Origin: Cetorhinus maximus
Lineage: Eukaryota
Direction of reading: 5' to 3'
Assembly (NCBI RefSeq): GCF_964194155.1
Contig: NC_135901.1
Span: 930,001 to 994,000, forward strand
DNA: 64,000 nt
Below, piece after piece: positions 24,450 through 36,890 of the stretch (positions within the stretch are counted from its first letter, which is position 1; each line of letters begins with the position of its first letter). The position numbers were made by a program, and so were the translations under genes. Under the pieces are notes generated by a model. It was not told the DNA's origin. It searched no databases and worked only from the letters and a program-made list of their open reading frames with translations.

Positions 24450-25370
24450 GTTGCAGCAGCAAGTAAATGAGGTGGGGTGAAGACAGGTAGCATTATGGAG
24501 ATTGAACTATCTGGTATTAGTGATGGTGTGGATATGTGGTCAGAAGCTCATCTTGGGGTCAAATCTGAACCAAGATTGTGAACAGTGTGGTTCAACCTCA
24601 GACAGTTCCCAGGGAGCGGGATGGACTCAGTAATTAAGGAACAGTATTTATAGTGGTGACCGAATGGTTTTGGTCTTCCCAATTTTTAACCGAAGGAAAT
24701 TTCTGCTCATCCAGTACTGGGTGTCGGATAAGCAGATTGATAATTTAGCTACAGTAGCGGAATGGAGAGGGATGGTGCTGAGGTAGAGCTGGGCATTGTC
24801 AGTGTACATGTGAAAACTAACACGGTGCTTTTGGATGGTGTCACCTAGTGGCAGCTTGTAGATAAGAAATAGGAGGGACCAAGGATAGATCCTTGAGGGA
24901 CACCAAGAGCAGGAACTTTGGAGAGGAAAGGACGGTTGAGATTGAGTGGTAGTTTGCAAAGATGATGGGGGTCAAAGGTTGATTTTTAGGATGGGCGATG
25001 TCAGTGGATTTAAAGGTGAGAGAAACAGTACCAAAAGAGAGAGAGAACTGCTAACAGTATCAGCTAATGTGGGGAAGATGAATAATCAGCAGCTTAGTGA
25101 GAATAGGGCCAAAGAAGTAAAAGGTCAGGGACAAGATGAGCTCTGAGAGGCCATAACAGGAGACAGGAGCAAAACTGGAAAAAGATGTGAGTTCAGGGCT
25201 CAGATATGAGGGAACTTTAGAGACAGTTTGTCCCGGTGGGCTAGTGGATGGGAGGGAAGCAGCAGAGGCAGCTGATTGGATTGTCTCAATCTTAGTGACA
25301 AAGAAGCTCCATGAGCTCCTCACGTTTGTTGTTGAAGATGAAGATAGAGGAGATGGGGAGAGGGAGAGCC
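24450..25370 (-). mobile_element. L2 LINE RT fragments
   Basis: LLFLIYKLPLGDTIQKHRVSFHMYTDNAQLYLS and FFVTKIETIQSAASA. Confidence 0.75.
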
Positions 25371-25527
25371 CTTCAAAAGTAACTAACTTACGTTTGAGAT
25401 ATTAAGAAGACTTAGCACACTGTATTTAACACAAAGATGATTTATTTTACTTTTATCTTCAATATCAGCAGACACAGACCACAATGAACATGGTTCAGTC
25501 CTGAATGTGATTAGCAGCAAAATCCAA

Positions 25528-26565
25528 TCACTTGTGAACTCGCTGGTGTTTCAGAAGGTGGGACATCTGAGTGAATCCCTTCCCACACTTGGAGCAAATG
25601 AATGGTTTCTCCCCAGTGTGAAGTCGCTGGTGCGTCAACAGGTGGGATGACTGAGTGAATTCCTTCCCACACTCAAAGCAAGTGAATGGCCTCTCCCCAG
25701 TGTGAACTCGCTGGTGCATCAGCAGGTTGGATGACTGAGTGAATCCCTTCCCACACTCGAAGCAGGTGAACGGACTCTCCCTAGTGTGAACTCGCTGGTG
25801 TCTCAGCAGTGTGGATGACTGACTGAATCCCTTCCCACATTCAGAGCAGGTGAACGGTCTTTCCCCTGTATGAGTGCGCTGGTGTACACTGAGTTGAGAT
25901 GATTGCCTGAACCTAGTTCCACAATGAAAGCACCTGAACGGTCTCTCATCAGTATGAACACGTTGATGGAACATCAGCTCCTGAGAGCTTTTATAGCACT
26001 TCCCACAGTCTAAGCATTTAAAAGGTCTCTTGTCGGTGTGAACTCTTTAATGTGCCATCAGGCTGGATGAATTAATGAATCCCTTTCCACACTCAAGGCA
26101 GGTGAACGGCCTCTCCCCAGTGTGAACTCGCTGGTGTGTCAGCAGGTGGGATGAACAAGTGAATCCCTTTCCACACTCGGAGCAGATAAATGGCTTCTCC
26201 CCAGTGTGAGTTCGCTGGTGTGCACTGAGGTCAAATAAATGCCTGAAACCAGTCCCACAGTGAGAGCACCTGAATAGTCTCCCATCAGTGAGAACTCTTT
26301 GGTATGTCAACAGGTTACATGAATGAGTGTCTCCTTTCCCGCATTCGGAGCAGATGAATGGCCTCTCCCCGGTGTGACTGTGCAGACGAGTTTTCAGTTC
26401 AGATGGGTGATTGAATCCCTTCCCACAGTCCCCACATTTCCACTCTTTCTCCCCATTCTGGCTGCATTTATGTCTCGACAGGTCAGATGATCTGCTGAAG
26501 CCTCGTCCACACACAGAGCACGTGTACTGTTTCTCTCTGCTGCAAACTGAGCTTTTTCCTTCCAT
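25528..26565 (-). pseudogene. C2H2 zinc-finger pseudogene or truncated gene, 12 finger positions
   Basis: ATG at 26565. In-frame TAA at 26047-26049 in finger 6 (probably CAA>TAA), after which the frame continues to 25528. Fingers 1-3 have lost zinc-ligand histidines. Confidence 0.8.
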
Positions 26566-27269
26566 GTTCAAAATCCAACGATATTCAGGTTACAATAAAT
26601 TGGGCGACTCCATCAGATTCTGAAGTGATATTTGGTTTCAGTTTCCTGACTGAATCCTCTCCTTCTAATACCCTGTAAATTTAATTTAAAACAGAGAAAA
26701 GAGAGTGAGAGAGAACCCACTAAAACACAAAGGCAGATTGTGAAATTGAGCGGAATGAATCTAGTAATTTGTGGGGCCGGCACTAGGAAAAAGTGACCAT
26801 GAAAACTGCTGGATTGTCATAAAAACCTAACTGGTTCACTGATGTCCTTCAGGGAAGTGAACTTTCCAACTAGCCTGGGCCTATGCAAGACTCTGGCCTC
26901 CATGGTAGGAGAGACAGAGAGAGGTGATAAAGACAGTGGGTGAAGGAGAGGGATTTTATATACCTACAGTTTGACCATAACTCTAACAAAATCTCCCAAA
27001 CCACTAACTTCCCACCACCTAGAAGGACCAGGGAAGCATATGTATGTGCATACCATCACCTCCAAGTCACACACTATCCTGACTTGTCTGATATCCAGTA
27101 TTGGATGAACAGAAATTTCTTGCATATAAATACTGGGAAACTCTTTCGAGTTACCAACAGTCACAGATTGCAACTTCTTTCGAGTACAATCACAATTCTT
27201 GGTTTTCCAGGAGTGGGACATGAACCCACAACCCTCTGATTCAAAGGCGAGGGTGCTATGGACTGAGCT

Positions 27270-28040
27270 ACAAACTCCATTTCCCAGCCACTGACTCCAT
27301 CCTTCTCACTGGCAACTGTCTGAAGCTGAACCAGACTGTTCAAAACTTCAGTGTAATATTTCACCCCAAGATGAGCTTGCAACACGCATCCACATCATCA
27401 GACAGACTGCCTATTTCCACCTCAGTAACATCACCCGGCTCCATCCTAGTCTCAGCTCACCTGCTGCTGAAACTCTCAACCATTCCTCTGTCACCTCTAG
27501 ACTTAACTATTCTAATGGACTCCCAGCTGGGCTCCCAGATTCAACTCCACCATCCAAAACTCTGCTTTCCACTTCCATACTCGCACCAAGTCTTGTTCAC
27601 CCATCGCCATTGTGCTTGATGACCTACAAAGGTTTCCGGTTAAGAAGAACCTAAATGCTCAAATTCTCATCCTTATTTTCAATTTCCTTCATGGCCCCTC
27701 CCTATCTCTGTAATCTGCTCCAGTCTCACAACGCTCCACAATATCTGCATTCATCTAATTCCCACCTCCTGAGCATTCCTGATTTTAACTGTGCCACTTT
27801 GGTGGTTGCACCTTCAGATTCCAAGGCCATGAGCTCTGGAATTTCCTCCAAAAACCTCCCTGCCTCTCCATCTCAATTTTCTACTTTAAGACACTCCTTA
27901 AAACCTATTTAACCCAACCTTTCGCCACCTGCCCTAATATCCACTTATGTGGTTCGATGTCAAATGTTGCTTTCTAACATTTCTGTGAAATGCCTTGGAA
28001 ATTTTATTTTGTTAAAGATGCGATAGAAATACAGTTTGTT
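27270..28040 (+). mobile_element. L2 LINE 3' fragment
   Basis: acctctagacttaactattctaatg (TSRLxYSN) and an L2-type 3' tail. Confidence 0.65.
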
Positions 28041-29619
28041 GTTGCTGATTTGGACATTTATCACTGTTCCTTCATCATTACTGGGTGAATCACCTGTAAC
28101 TCCTGACCTAACAGCATTATGGCAGCACCTTCACCACACAGACTGCAGCGGTTCAAGAAGGTCAAACATCATCTCCTCCACAGGTAACTGGGGATGGGTA
28201 ATATCTGCTGCTGGTCTTGTTAATGACACCAAATGACACCAAAATCCCATTTAAACTTTTAAAATATATATATTTGCAAAGCAGGTTAAAAACATCCATG
28301 GAAATATTTGTTTCTTAAACAATACGTTTTTATGTTGTACAGAGTCTGTTCAATAACCCGATTTCCCTAGAAACTACCTCCTTTGACAATTTCACATTGG
28401 AATTTTCTGGGCCTGACTGGGTTCCATTGTCCTCAGGGTCAAACCCAGGTATCTCTTCTCCTCTATCTCTGCAACAGCTCAAACTGATGCAACAAAGGCT
28501 TTGAAAAGAAAATTGGATAAGCACCTGGAGAGAAAAAGTTGGGCTGCGAAGAAAGGGCAGGGGAGTGGGACTGGTTGATTTGCTCTTGCAAAGAGCCAGC
28601 ACAATGGGTGAAATGGCCTCCTTCTGTTTTGTAATCATTCTTGGACTGCATGAAAAAAGACCAACACTGGAGGCCAGAGGCCAAGCTCTGGAACAAACAC
28701 TCACCCCAATACAATTCAGTTCCTAATTAGTTCATCTCTGTTTCTAGACTCGATTCTGTGAGCAACACCTACAATCAAACAAAAACAAAATAATGCAGTT
28801 GCTGGAAATCTCAAAAATGATGAGCAAGTGCTGGAAATACTCATAAGAGTAGGCAGTAACTAAAGGAAGGCAAAGAGAGTTAATGTTTCAGGATGTGCAG
28901 AATGAATTAAGGGGAATAAAACTGGAGCAGAATTTGATGGTCAATTTAAGCTCAGAAGAAGATAAATGATCTCTAATGCAGGAAAAACAATTCCTGACCA
29001 TGGGAAGATAAAACTGGTAAATCAGCAGTGAATAGACAGGGGATGAGCAGCAGTGGAAACCTCATTTAGACACAGCTGGTAGGAATAGCAGTAAAGCACC
29101 AAACATGGTTAAAAGATATCCATTGCTCAAGGCAGAGGAAATTACACAATGGCAGGGATTGAGGACAGTAGAGGTGAAACAGAAGGATAGATGGGCATGG
29201 ATTCAGATCCACAGAAAAGGAGCCACACCAGCTCCAGAGCAATGTAACCACAGCACAGCACTAAAAGTTCTAAATTGTCAATGAATGTTCAATAATACAC
29301 ACCTCTGAAACAATTTCAGTTTTCAATATTAAAATATCCTGCTGGAGTCTGCAGCTGGAAAGATATCAGAAGCACCGGAGTCAGAGAAAAATCTGGCAGT
29401 TTTGAAATCTTCTAACTCCCTGTAAAGGGAGATTACAAAAGATATAAGCAACAGTCGAGGTTAGAAAATCAGAAGAGACAAACATTTCTCTTGGTTTGAG
29501 TTTGCTGTGTGTAAATCCTCCCCTTCTAACCCGCTGGAAAAGGAGTGTCCAAAATCCATCACTGTCAGTCTAGGATAGAAATTCACAACAATTCAAGGGA
29601 CCCCTCTCTTGCCCAGGAT

Positions 29620-30050
29620 TACTTAAACAAGGGCATAGGTGCATTGGAAGCAATTCTGAGAAGGTTTGGAATGAGGATATTTATCTTCTGAGGGAAAGTT
29701 GAGCAGGTTGTGCCTATACTCATTGGAGTTTAAAAGAATGAGAGGTGATCTTATTGAAGCATGCAAGATTCCGAGGTAGCTTGACAGGATAGACACTGAG
29801 AAGATGTTTTCCCTCACAGAAGGATCTAGAATCAGGGGCCACAGTTTAAAAACAAAGGATCTCCCATTTAACACTGAGGAGGAGAAATTCCTTCCCTCTG
29901 AGGATTGTCAGTCTTTTGAATTCTCTTCCCCAGTGAGCAGTGGAGGCTGGTCATTGAACATATTCAAGGCTAAACAGCCATGACATTACTAAGAGGGGAA
30001 GCAACCTTGATGGGCCGAATGGGTGCTCCTAATTCTGATGCTCTCATTTT
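29620..30050 (+). mobile_element. CR1 LINE 3' fragment
   Basis: LYSLEFKRMRGDLIE motif and CR1 3' UTR. Confidence 0.7.
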
Positions 30051-30186
30051 TCTTCAGACATCCACCCATGCATCCTGCAGCATATTGCCCATCCTCTAAT
30101 CTGGGCCTGTCATTAGCTCTTGTGCACAAAGTGGGCGTAAAATCAACGAGGGAATGATTTTCTCTCCTGGCCACTGGGACCCTGAA

Positions 30187-30880
30187 GCCCCGTTACGTCA
30201 CTAATATGATCCCGCCCCGTTACGTCACTAATATGATCCCGCATGCGCACTGCTGCCGCTGAAGCAAGATGTTCGCGGAGAAACGCCTCGGAGCTGTAGA
30301 CTCGGGACCAGCAAGATTTTATTTGGGGCTTGATACCTACATCGGGTTTTGCATTTCCTTACATCTCCCTCCCCACCCTCACTTCCAGGCTGTGTTCCTT
30401 CCACCCGCACTCGCCCATCGCCAAAATCCTCCCGCATTCGCACGGCTCCGAGCAAAGTGAGACTGCGCATGCTCCAGATAAGTCAGCTCTGCGCCTGCGT
30501 ATTAGCCTCCTGCAGAGAGAATAGAGCACATTCACACCCGCAGGGAATCCTGGGTAATAGCAGCGCCTTTGTAATATCCAAACACAGAAAAGAAAATCAT
30601 TTTGTTGCGCAATTGAGATAAATTAATTTTAAAAATCCCTTGAATCTGTGCGCTGCTATGTTCCATTTCTAAAAGTGATTTAAACATCTGCTCTCCTGTG
30701 GAAACGCCCTGAGATTTTAGAACGTTTCCCATTGGTTTCCCTCTCTCTATCACCTCTGAAGGTTCTCACTTTGCCTGGCTTCAATCCTACAGTCACTGGT
30801 TGCTCTAGCTTTCCCTCGCTATCTCCTGATACTGAATATTCGCCGTTTTATAGAATGATACAGCACAGATGGAAACCATT
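30187..30880 (-). promoter_or_regulatory. CpG-rich ZNF promoter module for the 25528-26565 locus
   Basis: Paralogous to 380-980, with GCATGCGC and ACTGCGCATGCTC. Exact 27-bp tandem duplication at 30187-30240 containing TTACGTCA. Confidence 0.6.
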
Positions 30881-31229
30881 CTGTCCACCATGCCTGTGCT
30901 GGCTCTTTGAATGATAGAAACATAGAAAGTAGGAGCAGGAGAAGAGGCTGTACACCATAGGAAAGACTTTCCTTCATCCCTCGCAGCTAATAAGGACTCA
31001 CCCATCCTACATGATTAGGTTTTCTATCACAAGGGTGGCCTCAATTTGAATAGGGTCTCAGAAAATAATTAGTTTTGTTCAGGGATCAAATAGGGAGCAT
31101 GTTTCCCTTTAGAGCCCTTGGAGAATAAATACTGTGTTTGATTTTATCCAACTGGAACACGATGTGAATGGTGCTCGTGCTCCTGGACTGTGTCCAGGGT
31201 GAAGTTCTGTTCCTGCCATATGATCCTCC

Positions 31230-32200
31230 CCCAAGGTTGTCCTTTCAGAGCTATTTACGATTGGTGGCTGAGCATGCACCCAGACCTGTGTTTCTCAACT
31301 CTGTCCAAATTAATCCGGCCCTGCAAAATGAAAGGTCCCAATGGCCATATCCTATCTGAATGATGGCCCTGAGGAACATTGCAGATTTATGATACAGGCC
31401 CACTACCCACAGTAAAAGGATGAGACCAGTATATCCTCGTAGCTAATGGAATGTTTACCTAGTGGATTGAAGGATTCCCTTTCTGTAAAAATGATGCAGT
31501 CACTACAGCTAAAATCTTCTGGAAACAGATCTTTACCAGATAGGACTTTCTGAAAAGGATAAAGAATGATAATGGTTTGCATTTCACAGCAGAAGTAATG
31601 CAGAAGCTCTGTGATCTTATGGGTGTGCAATAACATTTCCACATCCCCTACCACCCAGAGTCCAGTGGGATCGTCGAGAATTATAGAAATGACACTGAAA
31701 AATCTGTCATGAATGGAGCTGATGATCTAGTCAAGGTCAATAACTGGGTCACTGCCTTGCCTGGTGTCTTAACCATTCACTCCCCTCTTGTTCAGTCCTG
31801 GTCACGGCCCATGATAGGTTGGCCAATCCAGATTGTGAATCCTCCCGGGGTCCCACTCCTCATTGCTACTCGACAGGCTCTGGACCAGTTTCTCCAGAAC
31901 CTCCAACAAACCTCAGCATTCTCCCTGCTAAAGGCAGTGGAGAAGATGGTGCTGCCCGTCTCAACACCTCCAGGGAGAACCACCCCACCCATTACTTTAA
32001 TTATTCAATGTGAGATGAAGTTATGTTAAAAGCATTGTGAAAAGGGGTGGGATTAGAAAGCTAATTGGGAAAGTCCATTTGATGTTCTGGATAGATTGGG
32101 AAAAGCAAATCTTATATTAGCGAATTGGAAACGAGAGAAGGGAACACAATATCTGAGTTACCATGAAGATCAGTGCAAACTGTACAAAATGAAAAAGTCA
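31230..32200 (+). mobile_element. Decayed retroviral/LTR-retrotransposon integrase fragment
   Basis: One frame reads LQIYDTGPLP...MFT*WIEGFP...NDNGLHFTAEVMQKLC...HFHIPYHPESSGIVE (rve core with stops). Confidence 0.8.
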
Positions 32201-32399
32201 GATAACCAGATGGAGAATAAATACTGTGTTTGATTTTATCCAACAGGGACAAGATGTGAATGGTGATCGTGCTCCTGGACTGTGTCCAGGCTGAAGTTCT
32301 GTTCCTGCCGTATGGAGCTCCAGCCAGGTGATGTTAAACACTCAGGTGGGAAAGACAAAAATCCAGAACAATAGTTTCAAAACAAAGCTGATTGATTTC

Positions 32400-32620
32400 A
32401 TATTTACCCAGAATATTAAACTCCAGCCAAGTTAGAGAGGCTATTACTATCAGAAACAAGCACTGACTCTCAGGATGAACATGGTTCTGCCCTGGGTGTG
32501 ATGAACAGAAACAATGATAGCAGAAGCCAGTCCTTGCAGTCACTTGTGAATGCGTTGGTGTCTCATCCAGTTGGATGTCTGAGTGAATCCCTTCCCACAC
32601 CCACAGCAGGTGAATTTTAT
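32400..32620 (-). pseudogene. Terminal zinc finger and 3' UTR remnant of a ZNF gene
   Basis: FTCCGCGKGFTQTSNWMRHQRIHK* followed by the family 3' tail. Confidence 0.7.
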
Positions 32621-32654
32621 CCCGCACTGATTGTGACACTGACACTGTAAGCTC

Positions 32655-33545
32655 CTTTTACAGGCTAGCAGTGAGGGATGATTTACAGACAGAAACCTCA
32701 AACCAAACATCACATCAAAATCTGACAGGGTCACTCAGTTCATCAGGACCTGAATATCATCAGCCTTTAAATGTGGAAGGAGCAACGTTCTGCCAGTGGA
32801 AAAAGATCTTAAAAATAAGTGTGATTGAAAAATCCTGAGGCACACACACCCGAGTGAGAGTGTTCCAGTGAACTGACTGTGGAAAGAGAACCAGCTACAC
32901 AGCCTGAAAAAACACCATCCAATTCACAGTGTCGGGGTGCAGGGGTAAACTGTACACGTGTTTGTTGTGTGTGAACAAGGCTTCATCTTGTCATCCAACC
33001 TGGGGAGACACAAGGAAACCACACCACAGAGAAACCATGGAAATGTTGGGACTGTGGGAGGGGATTCAGAACTCCGTCTGTGATGGAAATTCATCGACAC
33101 AGTCACACTGGGGAGAGGTCATCCGAATATGGGAAGGGATTCACTCCACTATCCCACCTCACTGCATACCAACGTGTTCACTCAGATAAGAGAGTTTTTA
33201 ACTGTTCCAATTGTGAGAGGAGCTTTAAAAGCAAAATTAATCTGCTGACTCACCAGCGAGTTCATACTGGGGAGGGGCCATTCATCTGCCCTTAGTGTGG
33301 GAAGGGATTCACTCAACTAACCCACCTCACCTCACACCAACATGTTCACTCTGACACAAGGCTTTTTAGATGTTCCAACTGTGAGAAGAGCTTTAAAAGC
33401 AAAATAGATCTGCTGACTCACCAGCGCATTCACAATGCTCCAAGTGTGGGGGGGATTCACTCTGTCCTCCAGCCTGCTGACACACCAGTGAGTTCACACG
33501 AGGGAGAGGCCATTCATCTGCTCTGGGTATGAAAAGGGATTAAGA
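32655..33545 (+). pseudogene. C2H2 zinc-finger pseudogene with frameshifts and stops
   Basis: Acceptor ttttacag, family leader, KPWKCWDC and [23 protein letters not shown], with several disablements. Confidence 0.8.
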
Positions 33546-33679
33546 CAGAAATATGGTGGAGGGCCCGTGCAGTTTGGTTGTTGTGTGATTTGATTTTAAT
33601 AAGTTATCTCTTGGCCCTAATGGCTCCAATTTAAATCGGAAGACGAAATAAAGCATGATTTTCAACAGCGATGTCTTTC

Positions 33680-34100
33680 AATGGCGGGGCGTTTACCCAG
33701 CATTCTCCGCGGAGAAGAATGTGACCTATCCAGACCACAGCCGCTTTCTGCGCAGGTGTATTGCTGGGCTGTAACCGGAGCCTGCGCAGTGCGGTCACTG
33801 ACTGGGGCATGCGCAGTGCGGGTTGTGCCTGGAGTTAGGCGGAGAAGGGAGAAACAATCGCGTGAGGGTGAGTTATGGAGCCAGTGGGTGGGTGGAGAGG
33901 ATTAGAGCCAGCGGAGTGGACGGGGAGGCTTCATAAACACCCGGTGGAGGCCTCAAATCCCGACTAAAAACCTACCGATCCTATTTACACGGGACGGGGC
34001 GCGAGAGCTCGTGAACTCCTTTGGGTTAGAGGTCCGGCTGAACGGCCGCCATCTTGAGCGGGGTCAATGTGCAGCAGGGCGCATGCGCGGACATCCCTGT
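33680..34100 (+). promoter_or_regulatory. CpG-rich ZNF promoter/first exon
   Basis: TGCGCAGTGCG, GCATGCGCA, donor GAGG/GTGAGT near 33868, GCCGCCATCTT (YY1-type) and GCGCATGCGC. Paralogous to 57395-57720. Confidence 0.65.
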
Positions 34101-34169
34101 CCCTGTCAGCAGGAGGAGAGAATGTTGTGATTTTTCTATCCTGGACTGACAGGGGTGGGCTTTGGAAAG

Positions 34170-34482
34170 TCCTTTTACAGGGGATTAGAAGGGGAGGATT
34201 TACACACAGCAAATTCCAACCAAGAGAAATGTTTCTCTCTTCAATTTCTATCCTGGAATTACAGTGATGGTTTCCATAAACATACAGGTTACTGGAAGTG
34301 GAAGATTGACAGACGGGAAACTCAAATCAAGCATCACATCAAGATCTGACAGACTCACCCGATTCATCAGGACCTGAATATCATCGCCCTTTGAATGTGG
34401 AAAGGAAAATGATTGTCTCAACTGTCTGTGGGAGAAGATTTCAGGTATCAGTGTGACTGGAAAAGCACCGAGACACACAAAC
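34170..34482 (+). pseudogene. ZNF leader and first degenerate finger, cut off by the Penelope insertion
   Basis: Family leader (aaactcaaatcaagcatcacatcaagatctgacag...caggacctgaatatcatcg) then CGRRFQVSV*LEKHRDT. No finger array follows. Confidence 0.65.
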
Positions 34483-34496
34483 CCTGGTTAGAGCAC

Positions 34497-36890
34497 ACAT
34501 CAGTCGTCTCAATTTCTCTGCTCCTCTCACCCACTCTAACCTGTCTTTCTCTGAACTTGCCGCACTCCTTCTCTCATGTCCAACCCTGATGTTGTCAGCA
34601 AACCTGCTGACAAGGGTGGTGCTGTTGTTGTCTGGTGCACTGAACTCTACCTCGCAGAGGCTCAGCGTCAACTCGCAGACACTTCCTCCTACCTCCCCCT
34701 GGACCATGACCCCACCACTGAACATCAAGCCATTGTTTCCAGGACTGTTACTGACCTCATCTCCTCTGGAGATCTTCCTTCCACAGCTTCCAACCTCATA
34801 GTTTCCCAACCTCGGACAGCCCGCTTCTACCTCCTATCCAAAATCCACAAACAGGACTGTCCCAGCAGACCGATCGTGTCAGCCTGTTCCTGCCCCATGG
34901 AACTCATTTCTTGCTATCTTGACTCCATTCTCTCTCCCCTTGTCCAGTCCATTCCCACCTACATCCGCGATTCCTCTGACACCCTACATCATATCAACAA
35001 TTTCCAGTTCCCTGGCTCCAACCGCCTCCTCTTCACCATGGACGTCCAATCCCTCTACACCTCCATCCCCCACCAGGATGGTCTGAGGGCTCTCCACTTC
35101 TCCCTCGAACAGAGGCCCGAACAATCCCCATCCACCACTACTCTCCTCCATCTGGCTGAACTTGTTCCCTCACTGAACAATTTCTCCTTAAACTCTTCTC
35201 TCTTCCTCCAAATAAAAGGTGTGGCTATGGGTACCCACATGGGCCCCAGTTATGCCTGTCTCTTTATGGGGTATGTGGAACATTCCTTGTTCCAGTCCTA
35301 CTCCGGCCCCCTCCCACAACTCTTTCTCTGGTACATCGATGACTGCTTTGCTGCTGCTTCATGCTCTCGTCTGGACCTGGAAAAATTTATTAATTTTGCT
35401 TCCAATTTCCACCCCTCTATCATTTTCACATGGTTGATCTCTGACACTTCCCTTCCCTTCCTTGACCTCTCTGTCTCAATTTCTGGTGATAGACTGTCCA
35501 CCAATATCCATTACAAGCCTACCGACTCCCACAGCTACCTTGACTACAGCTCCTGACACCCTGCTTCCTATAAGGACTCCATCCTATTCTCTCAGTTCCT
35601 TTGCCTCCGTCGCATCTGTTCTGATGATGCCACTTTCAAAAACAGTTCCTCTGACATGTCTTCCTTCTTCCTTAACCGAGGTTTTCCACCCATGGTGGTT
35701 GAAAGGGCCCTCAACCGTGTCCGGCCCATCTCCCGCGCATCCACCCTCACGCCTTCTCCTCCCTCCCAGAACCATGATAGTGTCCCCTTTGTCCTCACTT
35801 ATCACCCCACCAGCCTCCGCATTCAAAGGATCATCCTCCGCCATTTCCGCCAACTCCAGCATGATGCCACCACCAAACACATCTTCCCTTCACCCCCCCG
35901 GCGGCATTCTGCAGGGATCGTTCCCTCTGTGACACCCTGGTCCACTCCTCCATCACCCCCTACACCTCAACCCCCTCCCACGGCACCTTCCCATGCAACC
36001 GCAGAAGGTGCAACACCTGCCCCTTTACTTCCCCTCTCCTCACCGTCCAAGGGCCCAAGCACTCCTTTCAAGTGAAGCAGCATTTCACTTGCACTTACCT
36101 CAATTTAGTCTAGTGCATTCGCTGCTCCCAATGCGGTTTCCTCTACATTGGAGAGACCAAACACAGACTGGGTGACCTCTTTGCGGAACACCTTCGGTCT
36201 GTCTGTAAGCATGACCCAGACCTCCCTGTCGCTTGCCATTTCAACACTCCACCCTGCTCTCATGCCCACATGTCCGTCCTTGGCCTGCTGCATTGTTCCA
36301 GTTAAGCTCAACGCAAACTGGAGGAACAGCACCTCTTCTTCCGACTAGGCACTTTACAGCCTTCTGGACTGAACATTGAGTTCAACAACTTAAGATTATG
36401 AACACTCTCCTCCATCCCCACCCCCTTTCCAATCCCCCTTTTTTCCAATAATTTATATAGATTTTCCTTTTCCCACCTATTTCCATTATTTTTAAATGTA
36501 TTTCCATCCATTGTTTTATCTCTACTTTTTAGCCTATTTCGATCCCTTCCCCCCCACCCCACCCCCACTAGGGCTATCTGTACCTTGCTTGTCCTGCTTT
36601 CTACCCTTAATGTCACCTATTAGCACATTTCTTAGCTAATATCACCACCGTCAACACCTCTTTGTCCTTTTGTCTATGACATCTTTTGGCAATCTCCACC
36701 TATCAGTGGCCCTCTATTCAGCTCTACCTGTCCCATTCCCACCCCTTAAACCAACTTATATTTCACCTCTCTTCTATTTTTCCTTAGTTCTGTTGAAGAG
36801 TCATACGGACTCAGAACGTTAACTGTGTTCCTCTCCGCAGATGCTGCCAGTCCTGCTGAGTTTTTCCAGGTATTTTTATTTTTGTTTTTG
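34497..36890 (+). mobile_element. Penelope-like retroelement (RT, GIY-YIG endonuclease, pLTR tail), 5' truncated with a few disablements
   Basis: KPADKGGAVVVW, FTMDVQSLYTSIPH, GVAMGTHMGPSYA, YIDD and PFLD motifs; CNRRRCNTC and CSQC..LYIGETK; mutated hammerhead at 36785-36825. Confidence 0.92.
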
